Source: Blepharisma stoltei ATCC 30299 (Eukaryota; Protista; Ciliophora). From it: a stretch of DNA of 64,000 nt. The translations under genes and the position numbers were made by a program. Where the stretch lies: assembly GCA_965603825.1 (NCBI GenBank), contig CBFDEM010000033.1:310001-374000 (forward strand), in the 5' to 3' direction. This document shows, in pieces, positions 21,765 through 34,089 of the stretch (positions within the stretch are counted from its first letter, which is position 1; the number at the start of each line of letters is the position of its first letter). The notes below the pieces were generated by a model that worked only from the letters and a program-made list of their open reading frames with translations, was not told the DNA's origin and made no database searches.

Positions 21765-23858
21765 TTATCCTAAAAATCCAGCTTTGGTTAGGTGAGTTAG
21801 CAGCATTGCTCTTTCTAAAGTATTCATATGACCACTATGTCCACATTCTAACGAAATTAAAAAGCCTACTCGAAGGCTATCAACCAAACTTCTCGTAGTC
21901 AACGTGCTTGCTTCACTTACTGTAGGAGACTGAATGGACTCTTTTCCTCTATTTCCATTGCTTTCTAAATGGTTCTTGATTTTTTGCATAAGTTGGTCAA
22001 GAGACCTTATCAAGTCACAAATCTCGATCACTTTTGGGTTGGACAAATGTCCATACTCATTTAATATATTTTGGATCTCACTGATGCTATTGTTTAATTT
22101 TTGTATTGATTTTTCTCTTGTTCCTCCCAAGCTATCATTAGACAAAGGAAGAAGACTTCCCCAAACATCCAAAACGATCAGTCACATGTTAAGTGAGATC
22201 TTTTTATTAATATCTACACTGATTGAGCTAAGGGGTTTTCCGCCTGCATCTATCAAATCAATAGCGAATAAAACTTTATATAGAATTGAACAAATCAGCT
22301 CATCATCATGCTCTGCATCTTTTCCAACCAAATGATAAATGCTGTTTGAAGTTAAATCAATCGAAGCCCCTGAATTCGAGTCTTTGTCTTTTTTAGTAGA
22401 CTCTTCAATTAAATACATAAGCTTTGTAATATTATTTGCCATAATTCCCAGCTCTTCAGGAGAAAGAATATAAGTGTTCTTCTCCATGTCAAGTGATTTT
22501 CCGTCAAATTGATCAATTTCAATAATTCTTTTTGCAACTCCGCATTTTAATGATGCCAGTTCTATTATAACATTGTCTTGAGGGTCTGCTGACAAAACCT
22601 TATAGCAGTCTGATTCCAAAAAGTCAGTAGCAGAATCATCCTTCCAGCATGTAGAAACTTGGAATAGCGAACTCAAAAAATTTCCATAGCTGTATTTTGC
22701 TACATTTTTCAAAGCTGAGAATGTCCTGTCAGCAAATAAAAAATCAACCTTGCAATGGCTTGCAATATGTGCCGCAATCATCCCTCCTAGGCTCTCGCCA
22801 TGAACTCCTAGTCTAATAACTTTTCTTATTCTCCTCAAATAATCCACAATTATTTCTCCGTCTCTTTTTGAATTTGATGGGCTGGGAGTTCCTTTGGTTC
22901 TTCCATACCCTCGATAATTTCATAGAAACAAGTTAATTCCTTGGTTTAGGTAGAATTCAATCCAATCAGTTTGATATAGCGAAAACTCATACATCCCACC
23001 ATTAGGGTTACAATATATCATCGTCGGCTCGTCTCCAGGTTGATTATTTTTCATAAGCCATAAGCAATCTATTTGTACCCCATCACTAGCCCTTAACCAT
23101 ATCTGCTCAGAGAAAAAATTCAACTCTAGTTCTGATCTAAGAATTTCTGCAGTTCCAAAAGTTGTATCTCTGAATCATCTGCTCATGCCTGAGCAACATG
23201 GCAATTCTTTGCATGAATCCAGCAGCCTGTTTTCTATGCTCACACATTTTTCGAGCGCTCTGATGTATTTTTGATTCGCTGGTGAATCTTCAAAAATGAC
23301 GTTTCTCAAGTCATTTTCGTAGTCCATTCAGTCTCATAAGTTTAATTTCACTCGAGATCCCGAAATTATTACTGCATCAGAAAGCGCTTTTTTAAAAGAT
23401 TCAAGCTCATTCATCATAGAAGATTGGTATGGGGTTAGCTCTCCTTCAGCTTCTTTCTTCTTGTAGATTTCGATAAATGTCTCAGTTAAGCGTTTGCATT
23501 GAGAGGTAGATTCCATCGCAATATTTTGAATGAAAGACATTGAATTATTAGAGGCAAACAAATCAAGTGCAGAATGCAAATCTTGTACTCGTCTGAGCAT
23601 ATGTCCAGCTGCTTCTCTACATAAGGAGTTTTCCACAGACCGCTTCCAAAGTTTAAATGATCCAGGAAAAACCAAAACTCTGATAATCAAATGCAAAAAC
23701 AAATAAAGCGATACAAAAAACATCAGAATCGATCCAGGAGTCGTCAAGGCATAAGAAAGCAAATAAAAGACATAGAATATTGCCAAAAACACACTAAATA
23801 TAATTGTAAGCAAAATCAGTATAGCGAGTCCTATGCTGGCCCATTTCAGTTTATCCAT
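21765..23858 (-). CDS. Membrane-anchored alpha/beta hydrolase (ABHD13/16/Bem46-like), 697 aa
   Basis: Four ORF pieces join in one frame through TGAs. Two N-terminal TMs; YCNPNGG, W(TGA)NYRGYG, HGESLGG nucleophile elbow, DRTFS, C-terminal GHSGH. Confidence 0.85.
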
Positions 23859-23920
23859 TATTAAATAAATAAAGAAGAAGTTCTAAAAAAAGAAATAAAA
23901 ATGTAGATGAATTTTTTATC

Positions 23921-26587
23921 TTAAAAGTCCTGATCCCAGTTTTCTGGACAGTGTCTTGGACGTCTGCTTTTTCCTGGCGGGATTTCTTCTGCGTTTTCTT
24001 CTCTAGTTATTATATCATCTATTGACCTATTTTGTTTAAGAGCGCTTTGGATGTCTCTGGAAAGGTCGTTTACTCTTGGGACATATGGTGGACGAATTTC
24101 TCTTGTTAGTAGATGTTCCTAAATAATTCTTACCCAATTGAAGCCTTGGAACCAAGGATGATTTTTCAAATTATCAATGCTTCCTCCAGTTCTCATTGCA
24201 GGCTGTTTGCTTAATAATTGTTCTATTATAGGCTTGGCTGGCATATTCCTGCTGACAAATGAAGGATAAGCCAATTTTCTTTCGAGCACTTTTTCATAAA
24301 TGGCATATGGATCATCAAGATCTTCTCCAAAAGGAACCCCTCCACAGAGAAACTCATAAAGGATAATCCCTACACTCCAAAAATCCGCTGAATGTCCGTA
24401 GCCTTTTCCAATTATAATTTCTGGAGCCATATAATGAGGTGTGCCGACAAGTGTATATGTTCTCCCATGGACAATTTTTGAAATTCCAAAATCGATAAGT
24501 TTGGGATAGCCTTCATCATCAATCATCACATTTTCTGGCTTAAGGTCTCTATAAATAATATCACGCTCATGCAAGTGCTCAAGAATAATGATTAAACAGC
24601 CTATGAAAAATTTAGATTCCTGGTCAGATACTTCATTCATTTGCCGAAGAACGTCAAAAAGATCCATTCCTCTGACAAATTCCATCAAAAAGTAAATTCT
24701 TTTAGCGTCTTTGAAGCTTCTTACAAGTTTGACAATTAAAGAGTGATCAAGCTGGTTCAAAATAGCACGCTCTAATATTAAATTTTCTTGGATTTCATAA
24801 CGGTCAATTTTTCTTCGGTCTACTGTTTTAAGTGCATATAGACGGTTTTGTTGCTTATGGACGACTAAAAAGACATTCCCGAACATCCCTTTTCCGAGAA
24901 CTTTTACAATTGCAAGATCATTAAGTGTGATATTATCGTCTTGCAGTTCAATTCTTTTAATCAGCTGTATGCGAATGTTTTCATCAATAGCTTGTAAAAA
25001 GTCTTGCTGATGCAGTATCCAGCAAGAAACACTTCCTTTAGCAATCACAGTGGCAGTTCTACAGTCTCCAAAAAGCACACTTCTTTCGCCAAAATAATCG
25101 TGCTTTGTTATAGTTCTAACGCCTATTCCATCTTTCAAAACGTCTACCTTGCCAGATTTAATAATAAAAAATGAGTCTCCAGGGTCGTTTTGGCCAACGA
25201 TAACTGCTCCATCTTCATAGTCGACAACTCTCAAAGCTCTGTGCAAAGCGATAAATCTTTCTGAAGAGAGGCCTCTTAAAACTTGAACTCTTTTTAAAAC
25301 CGATATAGCCTCGTTATCAGTAGCGATTTCATTATATCGTCCACCAATGCATTCCTCGAATTCTTGCCTCGTAATTTCTGCTACATCAGAGTTTCCTTCA
25401 GAAATTACATCTTCATTGTAGATAGCTCCACTATCAGGCTGAGTTATTTCAATATCTCCTAAACTTTGGAAAACTTCTGCTGCAATTCTGCCACTTTTGT
25501 ATTTCAACTGCCCATTAAGAACAATCCACAATTGCGCTCCTTTGTTTAAACTTCTTGGGATTACAAGTTCGTTATCTCTAAATGACCTGACTCTTAGCGA
25601 ATTGAGAAGCTTTATTTGCTGCTCTCCAGTTAGGTTACTAAGTATTTGGCTTTTATCAATAGCAATTCTTTTGGTATTTTGATAAATAATTTGTTGAAGA
25701 TGATTTCCTAATGCTTTCGTTAGTTTTTCTCTTCCAATAGCAACACATTTTGTATCTTCTGCTGCAACTATGCTTGCAGTTCTTACACAGTTATAAAGAA
25801 GAGCTTGCTCTCCAAAATAGTCACCTCTTGTCATTTGCCTAATTTCTCTGCCTTCTTGTAGACATGAAACTAATCCTTCTTTTATTAAAAAGAATAGGTC
25901 TCCAGGGTCGCCTTCATTCACAATCCTTTCTCCAGCTCTAAACCTTAACGTTGAGAGTGAACTGACGAGTGAGTCTTTTTGGGATGTCGTCAGAATATGA
26001 AATAAAGGCACACTTTCGACGAACTGCTTGTTTTCTTGATAGTTTTGGGCATTAACGCTTTCAACCGCATTTCTAAACGTTCTTCTGTCCAGTCCCCACA
26101 TAGTGACACGTTCAGCGGTTTTGATCGTTGCAGATCTTGGTGAGTCGTGGAGTAAAGCTAGCTCGCCAAAACTATCATTGGTACCTAATGAGTTTACTTT
26201 TTTGCTGTTAACATAAACGTCTAATTTCCCTGAAGCAATAATAAAGAAATTGATTCCAGGCTGATCTTGTTCGAAAACTATCTCATTTGGACCTAAAGTA
26301 AAATGCTTCATGTGGTCGATGAGAACAGCTCTGTTTTCATCGGTAAGGCTTGTGAAAATGAAATGCCTGTTTAAAGCGTTTGTGATTATTTCAAGATCTC
26401 TGGCAGTTTTTGGCTTATCGACTACTAATGCATTCGGAGCGTCAATTGAAACTCGACTTGTTAGACGAGCATCAATGACAGGAGCTTTTTTCTTGACAGG
26501 GTTCCTTTGAGCGTCCCTTCTAATTAGTGACTTCTTTTCTTCTTCATAAGATGCCACATGGCTGTGAGTTTCATTTTTACCCTTCAT
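23921..26587 (-). CDS. PKG: cGMP-dependent protein kinase with four cNMP-binding domains, 883 aa; intron 24119-24133
   Basis: FGELALL, FGEQALL, a degenerate third domain and FGERSVL cNMP domains; GKGMFG, YRDLKPEN, DFG, GTPHYMAPE; spliced C-terminus ends NWDQDF-TAA. Confidence 0.92.
24119..24133 (-). other. 15-nt intron GTAAGAATTATTTAG
   Basis: Removes an in-frame TAG and restores the AGC tail FNWEHLL..PPYVP. Confidence 0.9.
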
Positions 26588-26887
26588 TTAATATTTAATA
26601 TTAAATTTAAAAAAAAGTAATGGATTAAGTGGAAAACATATATAGTTCTCTATATCATTCATGCATTAACTGCATTGAATGAATGGCTCATAGCTTTATT
26701 AAGTTTCTAAATATCTGATGAATTATGAAAGCATTAAAGAAAATGGATGGAAGGCTAACTGTCTATTAAAATTAATGCAAGCCACTAATGAATTCAAGAT
26801 AATTCAAAAAGTTTATATATAAGAGAGAAAGTGTCAGAATTTTTAAACCAAAAGAGACGTTGTATTATTACACTTTAAATAGCGATA

Positions 26888-27361
26888 TTATGCAAGCAAG
26901 TTGATTTTAAATCCTCTACCTACAATAGAAGGATAAACGAAATGCTTTTTCTTATAATGATGTATAATCGGAGGGAGTTTACAAACATTGTCTTTTTTGT
27001 CATATTTTTTTACTCTGTTGAAAATATATATATCTGAATTCTCAGCTGCCTCTCTCAGGTTGCAAAAAGAGCTTTTTGATCTCATCATGCCTGGAGGCGT
27101 GCTTTCCCTGATATGTCTTTCTGTGGTATTAATTTGGTAGCTTTCATCCATCGCCAGTGCTTCTCTTTTGGCCAAAGGAGGAGCCCTTCTGATTTTTTTC
27201 AAATTTTCTCTAATCATTTTCAAGGGTTTCAATATATGGTTTGCGTCAGATTTCGCTGCATGTGATGGATTAGGCGGCTGTTCTTTAATTTTTGAGTTAT
27301 TAAGTTGGCTTGTTTTTGAATAAAACGTGAAGACAAACCCTTCAAAGTTCCTGTTTTCCAT
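26888..27361 (-). CDS. Hypothetical basic protein
   Basis: 157-aa ORF, head-to-head with E2F. Confidence 0.55.
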   Translation of the reverse strand: MENRNFEGFVFTFYSKTSQLNNSKIKEQPPNPSHAAKSDANHILKPLKMIRENLKKIRRAPPLAKREALAMDESYQINTTERHIRESTPPGMMRSKSSFCNLREAAENSDIYIFNRVKKYDKKDNVCKLPPIIHHYKKKHFVYPSIVGRGFKINLLA

Positions 27362-27386
27362 TTACTAAAAATTCATATATATTTAA

Positions 27387-28241
27387 ATGAGCCAGCAAAG
27401 GATCCGAAAGAAGCCAAAAGAAGATGATTTTATAAGTGAAGACGAATATGAAGGTTTCGAAACGCCACCTTCTGAAAAGCAGAGAAAAAGTCGCCAAGGC
27501 TCTGCTGTAAAATCAGAAGACAACTATAGTATCGGCAGGAATGATAACTCACTCGGTGTACTAACAAAAAAATTCGTTTCACTGATCCAAAAAGCAGAAA
27601 ATCAGTGCATCGACTTGAACGAGGCCGTTCAAGTGCTAAATGTCCAAAAGCGCAGAATTTATGATATCACCAATGTCCTCGAAGGGATTGGACTGATCCA
27701 AAAAAAGCACAAAAATAAAATCCAATGAATCGGAGGATGCGGCGGACAGGAAAATATGCAATTTGAAGAAATGAATACTTTAAACCAAGAACTAGAGATG
27801 CTGAATAAAGAAGAAGATCGGCTGGACTATTGGACCAATCAAATTCAAGAGTCACTTAATCAGCTGACAAAGGACCCAAGCTATGCAGAGTTTGCATATG
27901 TCACATATGACGATATCAAGAGTCTTCCTAACTTAACTGAGTACCCAAATGAAACTCTATTAGCAATCAGAGCGCCTTCAGGAACGTCATTAGAGGTACC
28001 AGACCCAGAGGAGTTTTCTCCTGAGGAAAAGGAAAAATATCAAATTTATCTTCGCTCCAATAACGGAGAAATATTGGTTTATGTAGTTTCAAGTGATAAA
28101 CCAATTGAAGATGAAGAGCCGAAGATCTTAAGTACAAATACTTTTAAAGTATCTTCTACTATTGCTGAGGAATTAAGAAAAAATGCTGTTTATAATAATG
28201 CTATGAAAAATGAAGGGATTTCGGATTTATGGTCAGCTTAA
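27387..28241 (+). CDS. E2F: E2F transcription factor
   Basis: [37 protein letters not shown](TGA 27726), marked box [14 protein letters not shown], Rb-binding-like EGISDLW. Confidence 0.92.
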
Positions 28242-28499
28242 GTGTTTGACCGGGAAGTATGATAAGGTTATTAATAGTTGAAATATAAATATTAAGATTG
28301 GTATTATAATAAGAAGGCATCATAGGTTTTTCTTATTAAATCTATTGGCTTTAAAATAATTCAAAAATATCTATATAAATCTTAAATTAATCGATACTTA
28401 AATCCATCATGCATCTAAAAAAATAGCCATAAAATACTACGGTATATCAGCCTTCGAAAATATTATCGTTTATTAAATTAAATTTATTGCTTTTTGATA

Positions 28500-29603
28500 A
28501 TGGGTAGTTGCAATTTCAAAGAAGAGAACGTTGATCCTACTGTTAGTATCTCAAAAACCCATTTCCAATTTCAATACGTAATCGGAAAAGGCGGTTTTGG
28601 GAAGGTTTGGAAAGTCGAATTGAAAAAAACACACGAAATTTTTGCTATGAAAGAAATGCTAAAGGCGCGAGTGCTTGCAAAAAAAAGCGTAAATTCAGTA
28701 ATGAACGAGCGAAGACTCCTATCAATGCTTCATCACCCTTTTATAGTTAATATGCATTATGCATTTCAAGATAGAGAAAGCCTTTACTTAGTAATGGATC
28801 TCATGCCAGGAGGAGATCTCCGATATCATTTAGGCCGTTGCAAAAGTTTTTCAGAAGAACAAACAAAATTTTTTGTTGCATGCATTGTGTCAGGCCTGGA
28901 GTATTTGCATAGAAATGGAATTTTACACAGAGACATCAAGCCTGAAAACTTAGTCATTGATGGAAAAGGCTATGTGAGAATTACAGATTTTGGTATCGCA
29001 AGAGTCTGGAATCCAGAGAACGCCAAAGACACAAGTGGTACACCAGGGTATATGGCTCCTGAAGTGATGTGCCGACAAAACCATGGGGTTGCTGCAGATT
29101 ATTTTGCAGTTGGAATCATTGCTTATGAGTTTATGAATGGAAAAAGACCTTATTTGGGAAGGTCAAGAAAAGAAATTAGAGATCAGATTTTAGCTAAACA
29201 GATACAAATCAAAAAAAATGAAGTTCCTGAAGGCTGGTCGGTAGAAGCTGCTGACTTTATAAATAGAGTAAGCCATATTTAGATGATACAAAGGAAACCT
29301 GTAAATAGACTGGGACTTAACGGTCCAGATGAAGTGAAAACTCACCCTTGGTTGAAAGATTTTGAATGGGAAAAACTTTTGGACCACTCTTTGGTGTCTC
29401 CTTTTATTCCTGATAAAAATGAAGATAATTTTGATATGAGGCTGCACCTTTCCAATGATCCTTGGAAAGATGCAGAAAATGACGAAATGCAAGAAAGTGC
29501 AGAACTGCTAAGAAATAATTCTACTCAAAATTTATTTGCGGGCTATTTCTATGATATAAATCAGCAGCAAGGTAATAATTCTGATGCTGCCACAACAAAA
29601 TAA
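28500..29603 (+). CDS. AGC-group Ser/Thr kinase (YANK/STK32-like), N-myristoylated; intron 29268-29282
   Basis: MGSC; GKGGFGKV, HRDIKPEN, DFG, GTPGYMAPE; AGC tail PFIP..NFD. Confidence 0.9.
29268..29282 (+). other. 15-nt intron GTAAGCCATATTTAG
   Basis: Removes an in-frame TAG; gives DFINRMIQRKP. Confidence 0.9.
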
Positions 29604-29752
29604 AATCTGATACAATTAATTTACTAATTAAATTTTTAAATAACCTTATATAAACATTGAATTTCTAATAAAAAATTTAGGACTTCATGTTATCTTTTCA
29701 GTTGTTTTTCTTGATATTAAGCTAATGACATTAATTTATTAATAGTTCGACA

Positions 29753-30169
29753 ATGAGCACTCAGAGACTAGAAAGTTGGAGAAAGCAAAGAAGAAAAATA
29801 GCAAAAAGCATTTTAATCGAAGAAAGGTTTCAGTCACTATCAAATTACAAGTCATATTCATTCAGTGATATATCAAAACTGAATTTGAAAGAAAAAGCAA
29901 TTCCAAATGGAAATGCAAAATCAACTCTGGCGTCAATTGTATTGACATCTCTGCAGAAGTCTTTGGATAAAGAGTCTGAAAAATGGTCATCGCCGTATTT
30001 AGATGGATTTGTTCAAAATAAATCCCCTAAGCTAGGGTCGAGAAAAGAAAGCCTTGAACTTTTGGGACAAAAGTTAGCTGTCAAGCATAGACGATCCATT
30101 ATAAAAACATTTGATCAATCAAGAAAAGTTTCTCATTATATCATCCTATCGCAAGATCGAAACTTGTAA
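29753..30169 (+). CDS. Hypothetical basic protein
   Basis: 138-aa ORF, ATG..TAA. Confidence 0.5.
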   Translation: MSTQRLESWRKQRRKIAKSILIEERFQSLSNYKSYSFSDISKLNLKEKAIPNGNAKSTLASIVLTSLQKSLDKESEKWSSPYLDGFVQNKSPKLGSRKESLELLGQKLAVKHRRSIIKTFDQSRKVSHYIILSQDRNL

Positions 30170-30369
30170 ATTTCCAAAACTTATAGGCTAAATTGTCAGT
30201 TTGCTATAATAATTAATGATACATATAAAGAAATAAAAAATTGAATAATGAGGCATTTAAAATCTTTCTTGGATGCCTAATTAGATATTTGTTTTAAATG
30301 CTCAATTTTCAAATAAACCAATATTTATTGAACATATTTATATTAACTATGCTGATAAAATTACCCTAA

Positions 30370-31053
30370 ATGTCTGAAGGCCAGAGAGCTACAATTAGCA
30401 CCGATGATATTTTTGATGATTATCGATATTCAAATGTAGAACTCTTGATTTTTGATGAGTTTTTAGAAAATCCAATAAAAATTTATCAAAACTTCAGATA
30501 TGGAAAAGGAGGCATATTCTGGGACAGCTCATATGTTATGACAAAATATATTCAAAATTTAGATTTTACAAATAAATGAATCTTGGAACTTGGAGCAGGG
30601 ACAGCTTTACCTTCAATTTTGAGCTTCTATAAAGGCGCAAATGTAGTAGCAACCGACATTCTGCCTGTGCTGAACTTAACACAAAGAAACTTAGAAGCGA
30701 ATACAAAATGCTCTGATAATACATGGACAGCTAGAGAGCTTAACTGGGAAGATCAAAACCATAGAGAAAACTTAGCGCATTACCATTTTGATTACATCTT
30801 GATGTCAGATGTTTGCTATTTGCCAGTAAAATCTAAATAGGATCTAGCAGTTCCTCTTTGTGAAACACTATATCAGTTGAGTTCTCTTGATACAACAATA
30901 ATTTTATCATATAAACAAAGGATTCCTGAAATATCTGATCCGTTTTTTACACAATTTTCAAATAAATTTTCAATGGAATTAAAAGATGATGATATTAGAG
31001 GTACAACAAAAAACAATGAGCTTCACTTAGCAATACTAAAAAAATTACCTTAA
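30370..31053 (+). CDS. METTL21-family (MTase16) protein-lysine methyltransferase; intron 30826-30840
   Basis: GGIFWDSS, TGA at 30577, ILELGAGT, LNW, DYILMSDVCY; exon 2 ends at TAA 31053. Confidence 0.85.
30826..30840 (+). other. 15-nt intron GTAAAATCTAAATAG
   Basis: Removes an in-frame TAG; matches the consensus. Confidence 0.85.
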
Positions 31054-31114
31054 ATAATCAAACATTTTATCTAGCTAAGACTATTTTAATAGCCAAAATA
31101 AGGTTTCTTCATAA

Positions 31115-32860
31115 ATGGAAGGCTTAAGACAAATAAAACTCCTTGGCCAAGGAGCTTTTGGAAAGTGCTATTTGTGCGAGAATCCAAAAGACAACTCTAA
31201 AAAAGTGGTAAAGCAAATTAATATATCCTCCATGAGTCCTGAAGAAAAGAAGCAAGCTTATCATGAAGCCAAAATCATGTCGAGCTTCGATCATCCAAAT
31301 ATTATCCGTTTTGTTGACGTATACACAACAACAACTGGCAAGCTTAATATTGTGATGGACTATGCTGATGGAGGAGATTTGCAGACCAAGATCAAACAGC
31401 AAGGAACCAAATATTTCACTGAAAGCCAAATTTTAGACTGATTTGTTCAAATATGCTTAGCAATGAAGCATGTGCATGATCGAAAAATCTTGCATAGAGA
31501 TATCAAATCGCAAAATATTTTCCTAATGAAAAACGGAATGATAAAACTTGGAGACTTTGGAATTGCGAAAGTGTTATCTAGCACTATAGATAATGCAAGA
31601 ACAATGGTAGGGACTCCTTATTACTTGTCGCCTGAAATTATTGAAAGCAAGCCTTATAACTTTAAAAGTGATATATGGAGCTTAGGCGTGCTTTTGTATG
31701 AACTTTGTGCTTTAAAGCCTCCATTTGATGGCTCATCCCTTCACATGCTTGCTTTAAAGATTGTTAGAGGGGCTTTTAGCCAGATTCCTCCACACTTTTC
31801 TAGAGATATGAGAACACTGGTATCTCAGATGCTATCAACAGATCCTGCAAAAAGGCCAACTGTTGCACAGGTTTTAAGACTTCCATTTATAAAATCAAGA
31901 ATTCAAAATCTTTTGACAGAAACAATCAGGGCTCAAGAATTTTCACATACAGTTTTACATAACCAAAGTGCTCCAATTCTTCAAGGAGACCCAGAAATCA
32001 GAGAAGTTCAAGTCCCAGCTGAACCTGCAACAGAAGAGCTTATTTCATTTGAAAGGGACACAGAATTTGACACTTTCGCACCAACAAGCCCACAAGTTGC
32101 TCCAAAAGCAAAAGCTCCAAGCAAATCAAAATCTTCAGAAGCTGCTAAAAGCAAAGCGGCAAAGCCAGCAAAAAAAGAAACACCACTAGCAAAACAAGCA
32201 ATAACCCCAGCAAAAAAATCAAAAGAAGAACAAAAGAAAGCCAAACTGAAAGAAGAGTATGAGAAGTCCAAAAGAGAAGAAGACAAAGAAAGGTCAGAAA
32301 AAATAAGAAAAGAAAGAGACGAAGAAAGAAAAAGCATGAGAGCTGACATTAAGAAAAAAATGAAAGAAAATAAGTCGACAAAAAAAGCAGGGCTAGTTGA
32401 GTGGATGGGAGACCCTGATGTTTATGAAAGAGAAAGAATGATTGAAAGGCTTCAAGAAGCATGCGAAAGCGAAGGGGTCGAAGAAGAGCCTGAAGACTTA
32501 AATCCACCAGCTCCAGAAATAGAAATCCCTGATGAAGAAATTGTGGATAGAGAAGATGAGCTGGTAAATATTGGGACTGTTCAAGTTGCAAGTAAAACAG
32601 AAGGAAGCTCAACTAATAATGAAGTATCGATGTATAATAAGCTGGAAGAAATGAGGCTGGAACTTGAACAAGAAATGGGAGCAGATAATTTTTTGCAGGT
32701 TTATAACATTCTTAAAGAGTATGTAGGGCAAAACGAGGGAGATTGGGATTATGGAGTTTGCATTAATAGACTCAGAAATATTTTAGACACTGAAAAGCTA
32801 AAAGCATACTTGCCTCGTGTTCATCAATTTCAGTATTTAGAAAAATCTGCAGATATATAA
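31115..32860 (+). CDS. NIMA-related (NEK1-like) kinase
   Basis: ILD-W(TGA 31439)-[27 protein letters not shown]; charged coiled-coil tail and [14 protein letters not shown]-terminal motif. Confidence 0.9.
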
Positions 32861-33119
32861 TAAACTAAAATTGGTTTCAATAAACTTATTTTATCTTGCT
32901 ATTAAAATTGAAATCACTCTTGATTTCTCTATTGCCCAATTTTTATCACTAAATTAGAAAATATATGCTGCATTTATTATACAATTATCCATTATTCCAC
33001 AAAGCCATTTTGGAAATAATTTACTCATAGCCATTAATTCATTAATATTATTATGGATAGTAGATAGTACCAGAATGTTGATTTTTAAATGGTGCGTTTA
33101 ATTACTAATAATAATTCTG

Positions 33120-33572
33120 ATGAAGTACGCTTTTCTGCTTATTCTTTGTGTCGCTACATTTGCAGCAAGCATAGACGATATAAAAGGCAGATCGACAAGA
33201 GAGCTTGGGGGATGGAGTCATGATTGGGATGATAAAGATGAAGGAAGAAACCTAACAATTGGAGTCCAGCCAACAAATACAAGCACAAATACCACTGGGG
33301 TTGGGAATTGTAGCTGTAATTGCACGTGTGACTGCTTTTCTTGTAATTGTTCATGCAATTGCACCACACCTTTGAATAATCAAACTGTAACACCTCCTAG
33401 CAACCAAACAAATTGTACTTGTCCTAGACGCCACCATCATAAGAGGTGCCACAAATCATATGACTGCGATGATCATGATGATTATGATGATTATTGGATT
33501 TCTGAAGGACTGGAAGAAAAAGCTGGGTTTTTAGAATATGAGGATTTCGGTGGGCATCAAGGAAGAACGTAA
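33120..33572 (+). CDS. Secreted Cys-rich (CxC repeat) glycoprotein with His/Asp-rich tail
   Basis: Signal peptide MKYAFLLILCVATFA; NCSCNCTCDCFSCNCSCNC; many NxS/T sites. Confidence 0.7.
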   Translation: MKYAFLLILCVATFAASIDDIKGRSTRELGGWSHDWDDKDEGRNLTIGVQPTNTSTNTTGVGNCSCNCTCDCFSCNCSCNCTTPLNNQTVTPPSNQTNCTCPRRHHHKRCHKSYDCDDHDDYDDYWISEGLEEKAGFLEYEDFGGHQGRT

Positions 33573-34089
33573 AAAATGTAAAACTATGCTAAGGCATTTT
33601 TATTCATTAATCGCCATTTTAAGTTTATTTTTGTTGTCAAAATTCAAAAATATTTCTGGATAATTTGATTGAGGATCAATATCAACTTTTAAACAAAGAA
33701 AGCACAGTTTAGAATTATATTTTTGACTATTTCATTCGGATTATCATAGATCTAATAAGCTTTCGCAGCTTAACCATTCTTGGTTATACTCCTTGCAAAA
33801 AATACGCTAAGCAGTTTGGTTCGAGAATCATTATACTATGCTCTAAAATGAAAACAAATTAATTAAAATCAAAAAATTTGTTAATAAAAATAAGCAATAA
33901 AGTTTTTGAAACTTAAAGAATATTTTGAAAAACCTATGTATGCTTTATTTTTTATTAAAGTTTATATTTAATTCTTAATGTTCAAAAAAGTAATAGACTT
34001 TGAGTTTTGAAAGATCCTTAGCATTTCTTTTCTCTTATTTAATATGTCATAGCTGGGGGCGGAAAGGCTTCTTACCATATTAGGAAACG

